Positions 48,815 to 59,057 are shown, numbered from the stretch's first letter. The stretch is 64,000 bases of DNA from an uncultured Alphaproteobacteria bacterium (GCA_963828695.1 CAWHFS010000001.1:967824-1031823); one strand, 5' to 3'. Made by a program: numbers and translations. Notes: generated by a model from the sequence alone, not told the origin.

Positions 48815-50623
48815 CTAGGCCGTCTCAAATTGCAGTTTTGCGAGCCTTGCATAGAGTCCGCCCGCGCCCGAGAGCGACCCATGCGTGCCCTCTTCCACGA
48901 TGCGGCCATGATCGAGCACAAGGATGCGATCGCAGCGTTGCACGGTTGCGAGCCGGTGCGCGATCACAATGGTGGTGTGGTCGGCCATCAACCGCTCCAG
49001 CGCCTGCTGCACCAATGTTTCACTCTCCGCGTCTAGTGACGACGTTGCCTCGTCGAGCAGCAGCAGCGGTGCCTCGCGCAAGATAGCGCGGGCGATCGCG
49101 AGGCGCTGGCGTTGACCGCCGGAGAGTGTGATGCCGCGCTCGCCGACCTGGGTGTCGTACCCTTCCGGCATGCGCCGGATGAATTCAGCGGCGGAAGCCC
49201 CCTCGGCGGCCTTTTCGATCTCGGCATCGCTCGCCCCCGGGCGTCCAAAGCGGATGTTCTCGCGCACCGACGTGGCGAACACCACGGAATCCTGCGGCAC
49301 CAGCGCGATCTTCGCACGCACGTCCGCGGGGTCGGCTTTGGTCAGGTTAATCCCATCAAATGTCACCTCGCCCGATAGGGGATCGTAGAACCGCAGTATC
49401 AAATGAAACACCGTGCTCTTTCCCGCGCCGGAGGGTCCGACCAGCGCCAGCTTTTCGCCTGGCCTGACCTTGAAGGAAACACCGTCAAGCACCGGCGCAT
49501 CGGGGCGACCCGGATAGGAAAATCGCACGTCACGAAACGCCACTTCCCCACGCGCCGGTCGCGGCAGCGCGACCGGCTGGGCCGGCGACTTGATCTGCGG
49601 TTCGACCGACAGGATTTCGAACAGCCGCTCGGCCGCGCCCGAAGCTTGGGCAATTTCGCCCCAGACCTGAGAAAGCTCACCCAGGCCGCCGGCGGCGAAC
49701 ACGGCGTAAAGCACGAACTGCCCGAGCCGGCCGGCGGTGATGCTTTGTGCCATCACGTCCTGCGCGCCGATCCACAGCACGACGACGACACTGGCGAAGA
49801 CCAGGAAGATCGCAATCGCCGTGAGCACCGCACGTGCCTGCGTCGCGCCTCGGGCGGCGTCATAGGCCTGCTGCACGGCGGCGCTGAACCGCGCGGTTGC
49901 GAGCGTCTCGTTGGTAAAGGCCTGCAGCGTCCGCATCGAACCGATCAATTCGCTGGCGTAACCGGATGCATCGGCCAGCGTGTCTTGCGCCGCGCGGCCG
50001 CGTCTGCGGACCGCGCGACCGAAACCGACCAGCGGCAGCACGATCACCGGGATCGCCAGCAACACGAACAGCGACAGCCGTGGGCTGGTCACCACCATCA
50101 TGACGGCGCCGCCGACAAACAACACGAGGTTACGTAGTGCGATCGACACCGACGCGCCGACCGCCGACTTGATCTGGGTGGTGTCTGCGGTAAGCCGCGA
50201 CACCATTTCGCCGGTAATGGTGGTGTCGAAGAAAGCCGACGACAGCCGCGTAAGATGCGCGAATACATCGGACCGCAGATCGGCAACGATCCGTTCGCCG
50301 AGAGTGGTGACAAGGTAGTAGCGCATGGCGCTTGAGATCGCGAGCACCGCCACCACTGCGATCATCACGCTGAAATAGCTGTCGATCAGCGCTGCCGCCT
50401 CGGCCGAGAAGCCGAAATCAATCATGCGACGCACGGCCACCGGCACGACAAGCGTTGTCGCCGCGGCGACCGTCAACGCGACGAGGGCCGAGAGCGTACG
50501 GCCGCGGTAACGGACGATATAGGGCGCGAGCTGCCTGAGCGGCTGGAGCTTCAGTTTACGCTTGTCGGAACCGGGCGGAACGCTCTCTGTACCCAGGCCC
50601 CGTCCATCACTGGCAATATCCAT
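48815..50623 (-). CDS. Fused ABC transporter permease/ATPase (MsbA/ExsA-like exporter)
   Basis: Six TM segments, Walker A GPSGAGKS, signature LSGGQRQR, LLLDEATSSLD and IAHRL. Confidence 0.95.
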   Translation of the reverse strand: MDIASDGRGLGTESVPPGSDKRKLKLQPLRQLAPYIVRYRGRTLSALVALTVAAATTLVVPVAVRRMIDFGFSAEAAALIDSYFSVMIAVVAVLAISSAMRYYLVTTLGERIVADLRSDVFAHLTRLSSAFFDTTITGEMVSRLTADTTQIKSAVGASVSIALRNLVLFVGGAVMMVVTSPRLSLFVLLAIPVIVLPLVGFGRAVRRRGRAAQDTLADASGYASELIGSMRTLQAFTNETLATARFSAAVQQAYDAARGATQARAVLTAIAIFLVFASVVVVLWIGAQDVMAQSITAGRLGQFVLYAVFAAGGLGELSQVWGEIAQASGAAERLFEILSVEPQIKSPAQPVALPRPARGEVAFRDVRFSYPGRPDAPVLDGVSFKVRPGEKLALVGPSGAGKSTVFHLILRFYDPLSGEVTFDGINLTKADPADVRAKIALVPQDSVVFATSVRENIRFGRPGASDAEIEKAAEGASAAEFIRRMPEGYDTQVGERGITLSGGQRQRLAIARAILREAPLLLLDEATSSLDAESETLVQQALERLMADHTTIVIAHRLATVQRCDRILVLDHGRIVEEGTHGSLSGAGGLYARLAKLQFETA

Positions 50624-50795
50624 GCGACGCGACGCCCTCGTCTTACGCCCCTGCGGCGTCACCCCTGAAACGGAACATGCCCCGCGGCCTTATGGGCGGT
50701 CAATCGCGACGGCTTGCCGCCTGCGCCGGGGTCATGTATAGACCCGCAAAATTCAGCCATTTCGACGCTGAAGACCGCGCCTCACGGAACAAGCC

Positions 50796-51044
50796 ATGAA
50801 ACCCGAGATCCATCCGAACTACCACACCATCAAGGTGGTGATGACTGACGGAAGCGAATTCACTACCCGCTCCACCTGGGGCAAAGAGGGTGATGTCATG
50901 CATCTGGACATCGACCCGAAATCGCACCCGGCCTGGACGGGCGGCCAGCAGCATCTGGTCGACCGAGGCGGCCGCGTCTCGCGCTTCCAGAAGAAGTTCT
51001 CCGGCTTTTTGAAGTCGGACGACAAGGGCGGCGACAAGAAATAA
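50796..51044 (+). CDS. rpmE: 50S ribosomal protein L31
   Basis: [10 protein letters not shown]...[13 protein letters not shown]...GRVSRF. Cys-free type. Confidence 0.97.
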   Translation: MKPEIHPNYHTIKVVMTDGSEFTTRSTWGKEGDVMHLDIDPKSHPAWTGGQQHLVDRGGRVSRFQKKFSGFLKSDDKGGDKK

Positions 51045-51065
51045 TGCGCGGGCCTAATGCGCAGC

Positions 51066-51094
51066 AAAAAACCCCCGCCTCGCGCGGGGGTTTT
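51066..51094. terminator. Bidirectional terminator between rpmE and rcdA
   Basis: AAAAAA-CCCCCGC-CTCGC-GCGGGGG-TTTT. Confidence 0.85.
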
Positions 51095-51117
51095 AGTTTG
51101 GACCTCGGTTGTTGCAG

Positions 51118-51642
51118 CTAAACGTTCTCCGCCCCGAAGGCGGCTTTCAACAGACCGAGTTGACGTTCGACCGGATTAGCGACAGCGGCCTGGTCAGGGG
51201 CTGGACTATTGTGGATGTTGGCGTCGAGCCGGCGCACCTTGCTTTGCAGCGCCTGCGAACGCGAGATCAGCTTGCGCAGCGTCTCGGGCAACAATTCGAT
51301 ATTACCGGCATCGTGGTTGTCGGAGGCGGAAAGCTTGACCTTGCTTTTTTCCTTGTTGGCCTGGGCGAGTGACATCTCGCCTTCCTTCACCGCGCGATGC
51401 AGCAACAGCCACGACGCAAGCTGCATCAGCCGCGTTGTCAGCCGCATGCTTTCGGTGGCATATGCCAGCGCGGCGCTGCGACCGAGCCTCTTGGATTCGG
51501 CGCGACCCGGACCGTCGAGATAGGTCGCGGTCTCTTCCACCAGCGACATGCCGTCGCGAAACAGATCGGCAAAGGCCTGTGAATTGGCAAGCCGTTCCCC
51601 GAACGAGACCGGCTGCGTCGGACTCAAAGAATTGTCGGACAT
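51118..51642 (-). CDS. rcdA: RcdA/DUF1465 (CtrA proteolysis adaptor)
   Basis: FRDGMSLVEETATYLDGPGR...YATESMRLTTRLMQLASWLLLHRAVKEGEM. Confidence 0.92.
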   Translation of the reverse strand: MSDNSLSPTQPVSFGERLANSQAFADLFRDGMSLVEETATYLDGPGRAESKRLGRSAALAYATESMRLTTRLMQLASWLLLHRAVKEGEMSLAQANKEKSKVKLSASDNHDAGNIELLPETLRKLISRSQALQSKVRRLDANIHNSPAPDQAAVANPVERQLGLLKAAFGAENV

Positions 51643-51807
51643 ACGCGAACGCCTCACCCCAAGGGCTCTTACCCGCCCTGTTTTGATAAGCATCGCCGGT
51701 GAGCGTCGCCCTGTCCAGACAGCAGGGCTGCAAACCTTGCGACATAGTTGCCGCGCAGATTTAAGGCTGCGGGAGCGCGCGCCACCGCAGTTGCCCCAAA
51801 ACGGGAC

Positions 51808-51908
51808 AAAAAAAGGAGCCGCCGTTGCCGGCGGCTCGAAGTTGATAACAGGGAGGCGTCAAACAGAGTGGACAGGAGCCACTCAATGTCCATGAAGATG
51901 GACAATCC
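51808..51908 (-). ncRNA. Candidate trans-acting small RNA upstream of rcdA
   Basis: Minus strand: hairpin UGUCCAU/AUGGACA, hairpin GAGUGG/CCACUC with a CUCCUGU loop, unpaired GCCUCCCUGUU, then terminator GAGCCGCCG/CGGCGGCUC plus U7. Confidence 0.7.
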
Positions 51909-51927
51909 CAGTAATGATCGAGAAAGC

Positions 51928-51942
51928 TTAACGACACGTTAC
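51928..51942 (-). promoter_or_regulatory. CtrA-like box at the -35 position of the candidate sRNA
   Basis: TTAA-CGACACG-TTAC, one mismatch to TTAA-N7-TTAA, about 20-35 nt upstream of the predicted 5' end. Confidence 0.5.
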
Positions 51943-52004
51943 GGAATTACGGCCAATTTGGAATTTTCGCGCGTGGCCATCAGTGGGCCGGCGCAACAAT
52001 CGGA

Positions 52005-52199
52005 CTATTTTTTGAAAAACTGATCGGCAGCCGCTCGCTTGGCGCGTTTTTGCGCCATATCGGCTTCAAGCCGATTGATCTCGTCATGCATGAGCTGCAC
52101 CCGGGCGGTAAGTTCCTCCACTGAAAGCAAACTCAAATCCTGCCCGATTTCATGCGCGATCTTTTTCTTCGGTCTGTCGTCGTCGTCGATTATCGCCAT
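52005..52199 (-). CDS. DUF1192 small protein
   Basis: HEIGQDLSLLSVEELTARVQLMHDEINRLE...AAADQFFK. Confidence 0.88.
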   Translation of the reverse strand: MAIIDDDDRPKKKIAHEIGQDLSLLSVEELTARVQLMHDEINRLEADMAQKRAKRAAADQFFKK

Positions 52200-52302
52200 G
52201 GCTTGTCTCCCGCATACGGAATCTAGCCTTGACCTGCCGGGTTGTCACACGTCCAAGGCCCGCCTAAACAATGGCCGCTCGCCCGCAAAATTCGAGGAAC
52301 CG

Positions 52303-53298
52303 ATGGCCGAAATTCCTGCCCGCATGACCGTGATTGGCATCAAATCCCCCGGCGGGCCGGAGATGCTGGTGCCAGAAAAACGAGCGGTTCCAGAGCCCGG
52401 TGAAGGCGAAATCCTGATCAAGGTCGAAGCTGCCGGGGTCAATCGGCCCGACGTGATGCAGCGCGAGGGTCTCTATCCGCCGCCGCCAGGCGCGCCAGAT
52501 ATACCGGGCCTGGAGATCGCCGGCAAAGTCGTCGCACTCGGCAGCGGCGTCAAGCGCTGGAAGATCGGCGATCGCGTTATGGCGCTGGTAGTCGGCGGCG
52601 GCTATGCAGAATACGCCATAGCGCACGGTAGCCATGCACTGCCGGTTTCGGGCCTTTCCATGGTCGAGGCTGCTGCGATCCCTGAAACCTTCTTCACGGT
52701 CTGGCACAACATCTTCGAACGCGGTGGCTTGAAAGCCGGCGAAACCCTGCTGGTGCATGGCGGCTCGTCCGGTATCGGCACCACCGCCATTCAACTTGCA
52801 AAGTCGCGCGGCGCACGCGTCATTACGACAGCTGGTTCCGAGGAAAAATGCGAAGCCTGCCGCAAGCTCGGTGCCGACATCGCCATTAACTATAAATCCG
52901 AGGACTTCGTGGCCGCAACCAAGGCGGCCACCGGCGGCAAGGGTGCCGACGTTATACTCGACATGGTGGGCGGCGATTACATCGGACGTAACTACGAAGC
53001 AGCAAGCGTCGAGGGGCGCATTGTGCAGATCGCATTCCAGGACGATTACAAGGCGACTGTCGATTTTCGCCGGCTGATGCTCAAGCGCCTGCATCACACC
53101 GGATCGACCCTGCGATCGCGCTCGGTCGCCGACAAGGGCGCAATCCGCCAAGCGGTCGAAGACGGTGCGTTGCCGCTCATCGTGTCGGGCAAGGTCAAGC
53201 CGGTCATCTACAAGACTTTTCCGCTGAAGGAGGCCGCCGCTGCCCATGCACTGATGGAAAGCAGCGCACACATCGGCAAGATTGTGCTAACCCTTTGA
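52303..53298 (+). CDS. NAD(P)H-quinone oxidoreductase (PIG3/zeta-crystallin MDR family)
   Basis: AAGVNRPDVMQREG.YPPP, IPETFFTVW, VHGGSSGIGT and HIGKIVL. Confidence 0.93.
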   Translation: MAEIPARMTVIGIKSPGGPEMLVPEKRAVPEPGEGEILIKVEAAGVNRPDVMQREGLYPPPPGAPDIPGLEIAGKVVALGSGVKRWKIGDRVMALVVGGGYAEYAIAHGSHALPVSGLSMVEAAAIPETFFTVWHNIFERGGLKAGETLLVHGGSSGIGTTAIQLAKSRGARVITTAGSEEKCEACRKLGADIAINYKSEDFVAATKAATGGKGADVILDMVGGDYIGRNYEAASVEGRIVQIAFQDDYKATVDFRRLMLKRLHHTGSTLRSRSVADKGAIRQAVEDGALPLIVSGKVKPVIYKTFPLKEAAAAHALMESSAHIGKIVLTL

Positions 53299-53442
53299 CC
53301 GGCCGGCCGTTTCGACGGGAGCCGTGAAATCGGCGCAATGTCCGACTTTAAGATCAGCGGGGTGGGATTGTTTGAAGATTTTCACCGTCGGCGAAGCCGG
53401 GCCTGCAGGCTGCGAGGCACTGCCGCGCGCGGGAGCGTCGCT

Positions 53443-56319
53443 TTGAAGATTGTGTCTTATCTGACGGCCGTTGCGTTCTCGCTCGCCACTTTGCTGTTGG
53501 CGACGCAGCCCACACATGCCGTCGAAGCCGTGAATGTGCGCCTCGACGCTCCGGCCATCGATCTCACCGCCGCCATCGAACAGGTCAAGACCGAGACCGA
53601 CCGGATCCAGGTGTCGACCGCGCCCGGACCCGACGGCATCGTGCGCCGCATCGAAGTGCGTGCGCGCGAACACGGTAACAACTGGGCGGTGTTCGCTCTC
53701 ACCAACAACACCGACGAACAGATCGACCGGCTGATTGTCGTGCCTCACTACCGCATGGTCGGCTCGGGCCTGTTCTGGCCAGATCTTGGCCTCTCGCAAC
53801 TCGTCGGCATCACGCCCTCCTCCGGCGACCGCCCGGTGCGGCAGGAAAGTACGAGCGCCGACGTGTTCCGCGTCACACTCGATCCCGGCACCGTCATCAC
53901 ATTCGTCGCTGAATTGCGCACCAGCCTGTTGCCGCAGATCTATCTGTGGGAGCCGGATGCCTACAAGGACAAGGTCAATTCCTTCACACTGTATTTCGGC
54001 ATCGTCATCGGCATCGCCGGCTTGCTGGCATTGTTCCTCACTATCCTGTTCGTGGTCAAAGGTTCGGTGATGTTCCCCGCTGCCGCCGCACTTGGCTGGG
54101 CGGTGCTCATCTACATCGGCATCGATTTCGGATTCTGGGGCAAGGTGTTCGATATGTCGGCCGGCGCCGAACGCGTCTGGCGCGCATGCGGCGAAGCAAT
54201 CCTGTCTGCAACGCTGCTGGTGTTTCTGTTCGCCTATTTGAACTTGTCGCGCTGGCACGTCCGCTATGCCCATATCACGATCGCCTGGCTTGCCGCGCTG
54301 GCGGCATTGATCGCGGTCGCGGTGTTCGATCCCGCAATCGCCTCCGGCATCGCCCGCATGTCGCTGGCCGGAATCGCCGTGTTCGGGCTGGCACTGGTGA
54401 TCTACCTCTCGACCCACGGCTTCGATCGCGCGGTCCTGCTGATCCCAACCTGGTTGTTGCTGGTGGTGTGGACTTCCGCCGCCGGCCTCGCGGTGACCGG
54501 CGTCGTCACCAACGACATCATTGGCCCCGCACTGCTCGGCGGCCTGGTCTTGATCGTGATGCTGATTGGATTCACGGTCATGCAGCACGCTTTCGCCGGC
54601 GGCATCACTCACGGCATCGTTTCGGATGTCGAGCGCCGCGCGCTCGCACTTACAGGCGCCGGCGACATGATCTGGGACTGGGATGTTTCCGCAGACAAGG
54701 TTTTCACCAGCCCCGAGACCGAACACATGCTCGGTCTCAAGCGCGGCACATTGGAAGGGCCGGCGGCGACCTGGCTCGACGTGTTGCATCCGCTCGACCG
54801 CGACCGCTTTCGCGCCTCGTTAGACAGTGCGGTGGAACAGCGGCGCGGCCGCCTGACTCAGGATTTCCGCTTGCGCGCTTCCGATGGCCATTATCTCTGG
54901 TACTCGCTGAAGGCGCGGCCGGTGGTCGGCTCCGACGGCGAAGTCGTGCGGCTGGTCGGCACACTCACCGATGTGAGCGATGTCAAGAAAGCCGAGGAAC
55001 GTCTGCTGTTCGACGCGGTCCACGACAACCTCACCGGCTTGCCCAATCGCGAACTGTTTCTTGACCGTATGGAAGCAGCCTTCGCATTCGCCCGTTCCGA
55101 CAGCCAGATCCGGCCGTCAGTGATGGTGATCGATCTCGACCGCTTCAAGCAGGTCAACGATTCTGTCGGCATTGCTGTCGGCGATTCCATCCTGCTGACT
55201 ATCGCGCGGCGGCTCACCCGCCTGCTCAAGCCGCAGGATACGCTCGCCCGTCTGTCCGGCGACCAGTTCGCCATGATCCTGCTTTCGGAGCGCGAGCCCG
55301 CCCGCATCGTAGCCTTCGCAGAGACCATGCGGCGGACCTTGCGCGCACCGATCGGCTTCAACGACCGTGAGATCTTCATTACCGCTTCGATCGGCCTGGC
55401 GCTGGCCGAGAACCAGGCGCACCGCACGGATGAGGTGCTCAAGGACGCCGAGCTTGCAATGTATCATGCCAAGCGCATCGGCGGCGACCGCATCGAAATC
55501 TTCAAACCGGCAATGCGCTCGCGCAAGACCGATCGCCTGACCATGGAATCGGAATTGCGCCGCGCGATCGAACGCCAGGAAATCATTGTTCTTTATCAGC
55601 CTATCGTGCGGCTGGAGGACCGCGCTATCGCCGGCTTCGAAGCGCTTGCACGCTGGGATCATCCAAAATTGGGCCGACTGTCGCCCGCGGAATTCATTTC
55701 AATTGCTGAAGAAATTGGCCTGATTGTCGATCTCGGCCTGTTCATGCTGGAACGCACAGCGCGCCAGCTCGCCACCTGGCAACAGGCCAGCCGCACGCGC
55801 GAGCCAATTTTCGCAAGCGTCAACGTATCCTCACGCCAATTGCTGCGCCACGACCTGATTCAGGATTTGCGCAGCGTGTTGTCCCGCTCGGCGCTGGCCC
55901 GCGGCACGTTCAAGCTGGAAATAACCGAATCCCTGGTGATGGAGAACCCCGAGCATGCCGCCCAGATGCTCACGCGCATCAAGGAACTCGGCGCCGGCCT
56001 GTCTTTGGACGATTTTGGTACGGGACATTCCTCGCTCGCCTATCTGCAGCGCTTCCCGTTCGACACCATCAAGATCGACCAGTCGTTCGTGCGCACCACC
56101 GCGCGCGGCACCCGGCCGGTAATCCTGCGTTCGATCATTGCCCTCGCGCATGATCTCGGCATGGAAGTGGTGGCGGAAGGCGCCGAAACCGATAGCGATG
56201 CGGTCGAGCTCTACCAGCTTGGCTGTGAATATGCGCAAGGCTTCGCTTTCGGCGAGCCGATGAGCGCTGAAGCCGCCACCAACCTGTTGAAGGGCGAGCA
56301 CCTCGAAGCAGCGCGCTAG
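53443..56319 (+). CDS. 7TM-DISM / PAS / degenerate GGDEF / EAL protein (RgsP-like c-di-GMP phosphodiesterase)
   Basis: Signal peptide, periplasmic domain, about 7 TM segments, PAS (IWDWDV, HPLDR), SGDQF in place of GGDEF, and intact FEAL and DDFGTG. Likely TTG start at 53443; the ORF track opens at 53338. Confidence 0.88.
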   Translation: MKIVSYLTAVAFSLATLLLATQPTHAVEAVNVRLDAPAIDLTAAIEQVKTETDRIQVSTAPGPDGIVRRIEVRAREHGNNWAVFALTNNTDEQIDRLIVVPHYRMVGSGLFWPDLGLSQLVGITPSSGDRPVRQESTSADVFRVTLDPGTVITFVAELRTSLLPQIYLWEPDAYKDKVNSFTLYFGIVIGIAGLLALFLTILFVVKGSVMFPAAAALGWAVLIYIGIDFGFWGKVFDMSAGAERVWRACGEAILSATLLVFLFAYLNLSRWHVRYAHITIAWLAALAALIAVAVFDPAIASGIARMSLAGIAVFGLALVIYLSTHGFDRAVLLIPTWLLLVVWTSAAGLAVTGVVTNDIIGPALLGGLVLIVMLIGFTVMQHAFAGGITHGIVSDVERRALALTGAGDMIWDWDVSADKVFTSPETEHMLGLKRGTLEGPAATWLDVLHPLDRDRFRASLDSAVEQRRGRLTQDFRLRASDGHYLWYSLKARPVVGSDGEVVRLVGTLTDVSDVKKAEERLLFDAVHDNLTGLPNRELFLDRMEAAFAFARSDSQIRPSVMVIDLDRFKQVNDSVGIAVGDSILLTIARRLTRLLKPQDTLARLSGDQFAMILLSEREPARIVAFAETMRRTLRAPIGFNDREIFITASIGLALAENQAHRTDEVLKDAELAMYHAKRIGGDRIEIFKPAMRSRKTDRLTMESELRRAIERQEIIVLYQPIVRLEDRAIAGFEALARWDHPKLGRLSPAEFISIAEEIGLIVDLGLFMLERTARQLATWQQASRTREPIFASVNVSSRQLLRHDLIQDLRSVLSRSALARGTFKLEITESLVMENPEHAAQMLTRIKELGAGLSLDDFGTGHSSLAYLQRFPFDTIKIDQSFVRTTARGTRPVILRSIIALAHDLGMEVVAEGAETDSDAVELYQLGCEYAQGFAFGEPMSAEAATNLLKGEHLEAAR

Positions 56320-56374
56320 CGCCGCGCCTGTCGGTTCATTGCTGATGATGTGCGATTGCGCGTGGCGCCGACGG

Positions 56375-56992
56375 TCAAGCGTGACCGGATTCGCTCGACA
56401 GCATGCCAAGATCGATGCCGATCTTTCGCAGCGCCTTTTCGTATTTGCCGTCGGTGTCGGTACCGAAAATCAATTCGGGATCGGCGGCGCAGTGCAGCCA
56501 GCCGTTTTCCTGGATCTCGTGTTCCAGCTGACCGGGCGCCCAGCCGGCATAACCGAGTGCGAGGATCGCGCTCTGCGGCCCATTGCCGCGCGCAATCGCC
56601 TTGAGGATGTCGAGCGTGGCGGTGAGGCAGATGCCCTCGTCAATCGGCAGCGTCGAGTTCTCGATGAAGAAATCGGCCGAATGCAGAACAAAGCCGCGCC
56701 CGGTCTCCACCGGGCCGCCTTTCAAAACCTTGACGTCTTCGGCATTGGTCGGCAATTCGATGCGCTCGGCAGCCGGAATCACTTCGAGCTGCACCAGCAG
56801 GTCAGGAAATTTGATATTCCCAGCCGGCTGATTAACCACGATGCCCATGGCACCTTCGCTCGAATGCGCACAGACATAGATTACCGAGCGTGTGAAGCGC
56901 TCGTCGTTCATCGCCGGCATCGCGATCAGCATTTGACCATCAAGGTAGCCGCGCGCGGAGGTCTTGCCGGCCGATTTCTTCGGAAGCTTCAT
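56375..56992 (-). CDS. YqgE/AlgH family protein
   Basis: [25 protein letters not shown] and [15 protein letters not shown]. Confidence 0.93.
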   Translation of the reverse strand: MKLPKKSAGKTSARGYLDGQMLIAMPAMNDERFTRSVIYVCAHSSEGAMGIVVNQPAGNIKFPDLLVQLEVIPAAERIELPTNAEDVKVLKGGPVETGRGFVLHSADFFIENSTLPIDEGICLTATLDILKAIARGNGPQSAILALGYAGWAPGQLEHEIQENGWLHCAADPELIFGTDTDGKYEKALRKIGIDLGMLSSESGHA

Positions 56993-57184
56993 GGCAAAAG
57001 GTTACCCAATCGGTCCAACATTGCAAATAACGCAGATGGTGAATAGTTCATCCACTCACCGTCATATTCAAGGGGACAATTGTGGCGAAATGGCCGCCCC
57101 TGCATGCTTCTTGATCTTCTTGATCATGACTGCTCACGATGAATTCAATGGCGCTGGCGTTTTTAACCGATTAAATCGAGCACC

Positions 57185-58024
57185 ATGAAAGACGCTAAAT
57201 GGCGATTTTGTCCTGTAGCTGCCGCATGCGGCATTGCCTTGGCGTTCGGCGCGACTGCACACGCTGCTGCCGAATCACCTTGGATCGAGGATACGCACTC
57301 CGCGCTGCGGCTGATCGCAGGCCGCGATGAAGGTGGAGCCGATACCTTGCGTGCCGGTATCGAGATCAAGCTGCAGCCGGGATGGCACACGTATTGGCGT
57401 TACCCGGGCGATTCAGGCGTGCCGCCCCGCTTCACTTTTTCCGACTCGGATAATGTGGCCACCGTAAAGGTGCTCTATCCGGCGCCGCATGCCGTCACCG
57501 ATGAAGCTGGCGTCACCATCGGCTACAAGGGAAACGTCATCTTTCCGCTGCGCATTGTGCCGCTTGACAAGCGCAAGCCCGTGACACTTCGCCTCAAAGC
57601 CGACTATGCGGTGTGTGAAAAACTGTGCGTGCCGGTCGAGGCACGCGCGAGTCTGGGAATGCCGGGCGCGTCTGCAACAAGCAATGCCGCGCTCGCAGCA
57701 GCCGAAGCGCGCGTTCCCAGACAAATCGCCCGGGCCGAGGCCGGACTCACTGTGCGCCGGGTCAACAATGGGCCCAAGCCGCTTGTCTTTGTCGATCTTC
57801 CGGCACCAGGCGGCGAGCCGGTCGAAATTTTCGTCGAAGGACCAACCGCGGATTGGGCCCTGCCCATTCCAAAGCCGGCACCGGACGCGCCTTCAGGCCG
57901 CCGCCATTTCAGCTTCGAACTGGATGGGCTGCCGCCAGGCGTCGACCCGAAGGGCCGGTTCGACCTCACCTTCACCATCGTTCGTGGCGGCCAGCCGATT
58001 GAAGTCAAGACGCACCTCGACTAA
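57185..58024 (+). CDS. Exported DsbD N-terminal-like (protein-disulfide reductase) domain protein
   Basis: Signal peptide, GWHTYWRYPGDSGVPP and VCEKLCVP. Confidence 0.8.
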   Translation: MKDAKWRFCPVAAACGIALAFGATAHAAAESPWIEDTHSALRLIAGRDEGGADTLRAGIEIKLQPGWHTYWRYPGDSGVPPRFTFSDSDNVATVKVLYPAPHAVTDEAGVTIGYKGNVIFPLRIVPLDKRKPVTLRLKADYAVCEKLCVPVEARASLGMPGASATSNAALAAAEARVPRQIARAEAGLTVRRVNNGPKPLVFVDLPAPGGEPVEIFVEGPTADWALPIPKPAPDAPSGRRHFSFELDGLPPGVDPKGRFDLTFTIVRGGQPIEVKTHLD

Positions 58025-58091
58025 GCCGGTTCAATGGCGCTAGTTTATGCGCTCGGCCAGCGCATTAGTCTGCTACGCAAAGAGGAACCCC

Positions 58092-58577
58092 ATGCCTATC
58101 AAGGTCGGCGATCGTGTGCCAAATGCAACCTTCCGTGTGATGACCACCGAGGGCCCCCGGCCCAAGACGTCTGACGACATTTTCAAGGGCAAGAAGGTGG
58201 CGCTGTTTGCCGTGCCGGGTGCCTTCACGCCGACCTGCAGCAACCTGCACATGCCGAGCTTCCTGAACAACGTCGCCGCCATCAAAGCCAAAGGCGTGCA
58301 TACGATTGCGGTCACCGGCGTCAACGACGTGTTCGTCATGGAAGCCTGGAAAAAGGCAACCGGTGCCGATGGCAAGATCGATTTTCTCGCCGACGGCAAC
58401 GGCGAATTCGCAAAAGCCGTCGACATGGCCTTTGACGGATCCGGCAATGGGCTCGGCACGCGCTCCAAGCGCTATTCGATGCTGGTGGACGACGGTGTGG
58501 TCAAGCAGCTCAATGTCGAGGACGCGCCCGGCAAGTGTGAAATTTCCGGCGGCGACGCGCTGCTCAAGCAGCTCTAG
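58092..58577 (+). CDS. Peroxiredoxin (Prx5-like)
   Basis: VPGAFTPTCS..H, VNDVFVM.AW, ADGNGEF and RSKRYSMLV. Confidence 0.94.
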   Translation: MPIKVGDRVPNATFRVMTTEGPRPKTSDDIFKGKKVALFAVPGAFTPTCSNLHMPSFLNNVAAIKAKGVHTIAVTGVNDVFVMEAWKKATGADGKIDFLADGNGEFAKAVDMAFDGSGNGLGTRSKRYSMLVDDGVVKQLNVEDAPGKCEISGGDALLKQL

Positions 58578-58586
58578 TTTTCGCGC

Positions 58587-59057
58587 TCACTTCAACTTCA
58601 TCGCCCCGACGGCGCCGGCGCGTGCGGCAATCAGCCCCTCACGCGCCAGTTCGTCGGCGCGCTCGTTCATGTCGTGGCCCGCGTGTCCCTTCACCCAGTG
58701 CCAATGAATATTGTGGTGACCGAGGGCGGCGTCGAGCCGCTGCCAGAGGTCGACATTCTTCACCGGCTTTTTGTCGGCCGTACGCCAGCCGTTCTTCTTC
58801 CAGCCGTGGATCCAGGTGGTGATGCCGTTCTTCAGATATTCACTGTCGGTGTGCAGATCGATCGTGCAGGGCCGTTTCAGCGCTTCCAGTGCTGAAATCG
58901 CCGCCATGAGCTCCATGCGGTTATTGGTGGTGTGCGCTTCGCCGCCCATGAGCTCCCTCGCATGATCGCCGAACGTGAGGATCGCGCCCCAGCCGCCCGG
59001 TCCCGGGTTGCCGGAACAGGCGCCGTCGGTGTGGATCGTTACCCGCGGCTCACTCAT
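58587..59057 (-). CDS. rnhA: Ribonuclease HI
   Basis: [28 protein letters not shown] and VKGHAG...NERADELA. Start by ATGA overlap with thrB. Confidence 0.97.
   Translation of the reverse strand: MSEPRVTIHTDGACSGNPGPGGWGAILTFGDHARELMGGEAHTTNNRMELMAAISALEALKRPCTIDLHTDSEYLKNGITTWIHGWKKNGWRTADKKPVKNVDLWQRLDAALGHHNIHWHWVKGHAGHDMNERADELAREGLIAARAGAVGAMKLK

Noticed and set aside
51669-51905. 78-aa minus-strand ORF upstream of rcdA
   Set aside because: It runs through an intrinsic terminator and U-tract, and RNA structure explains the region better.
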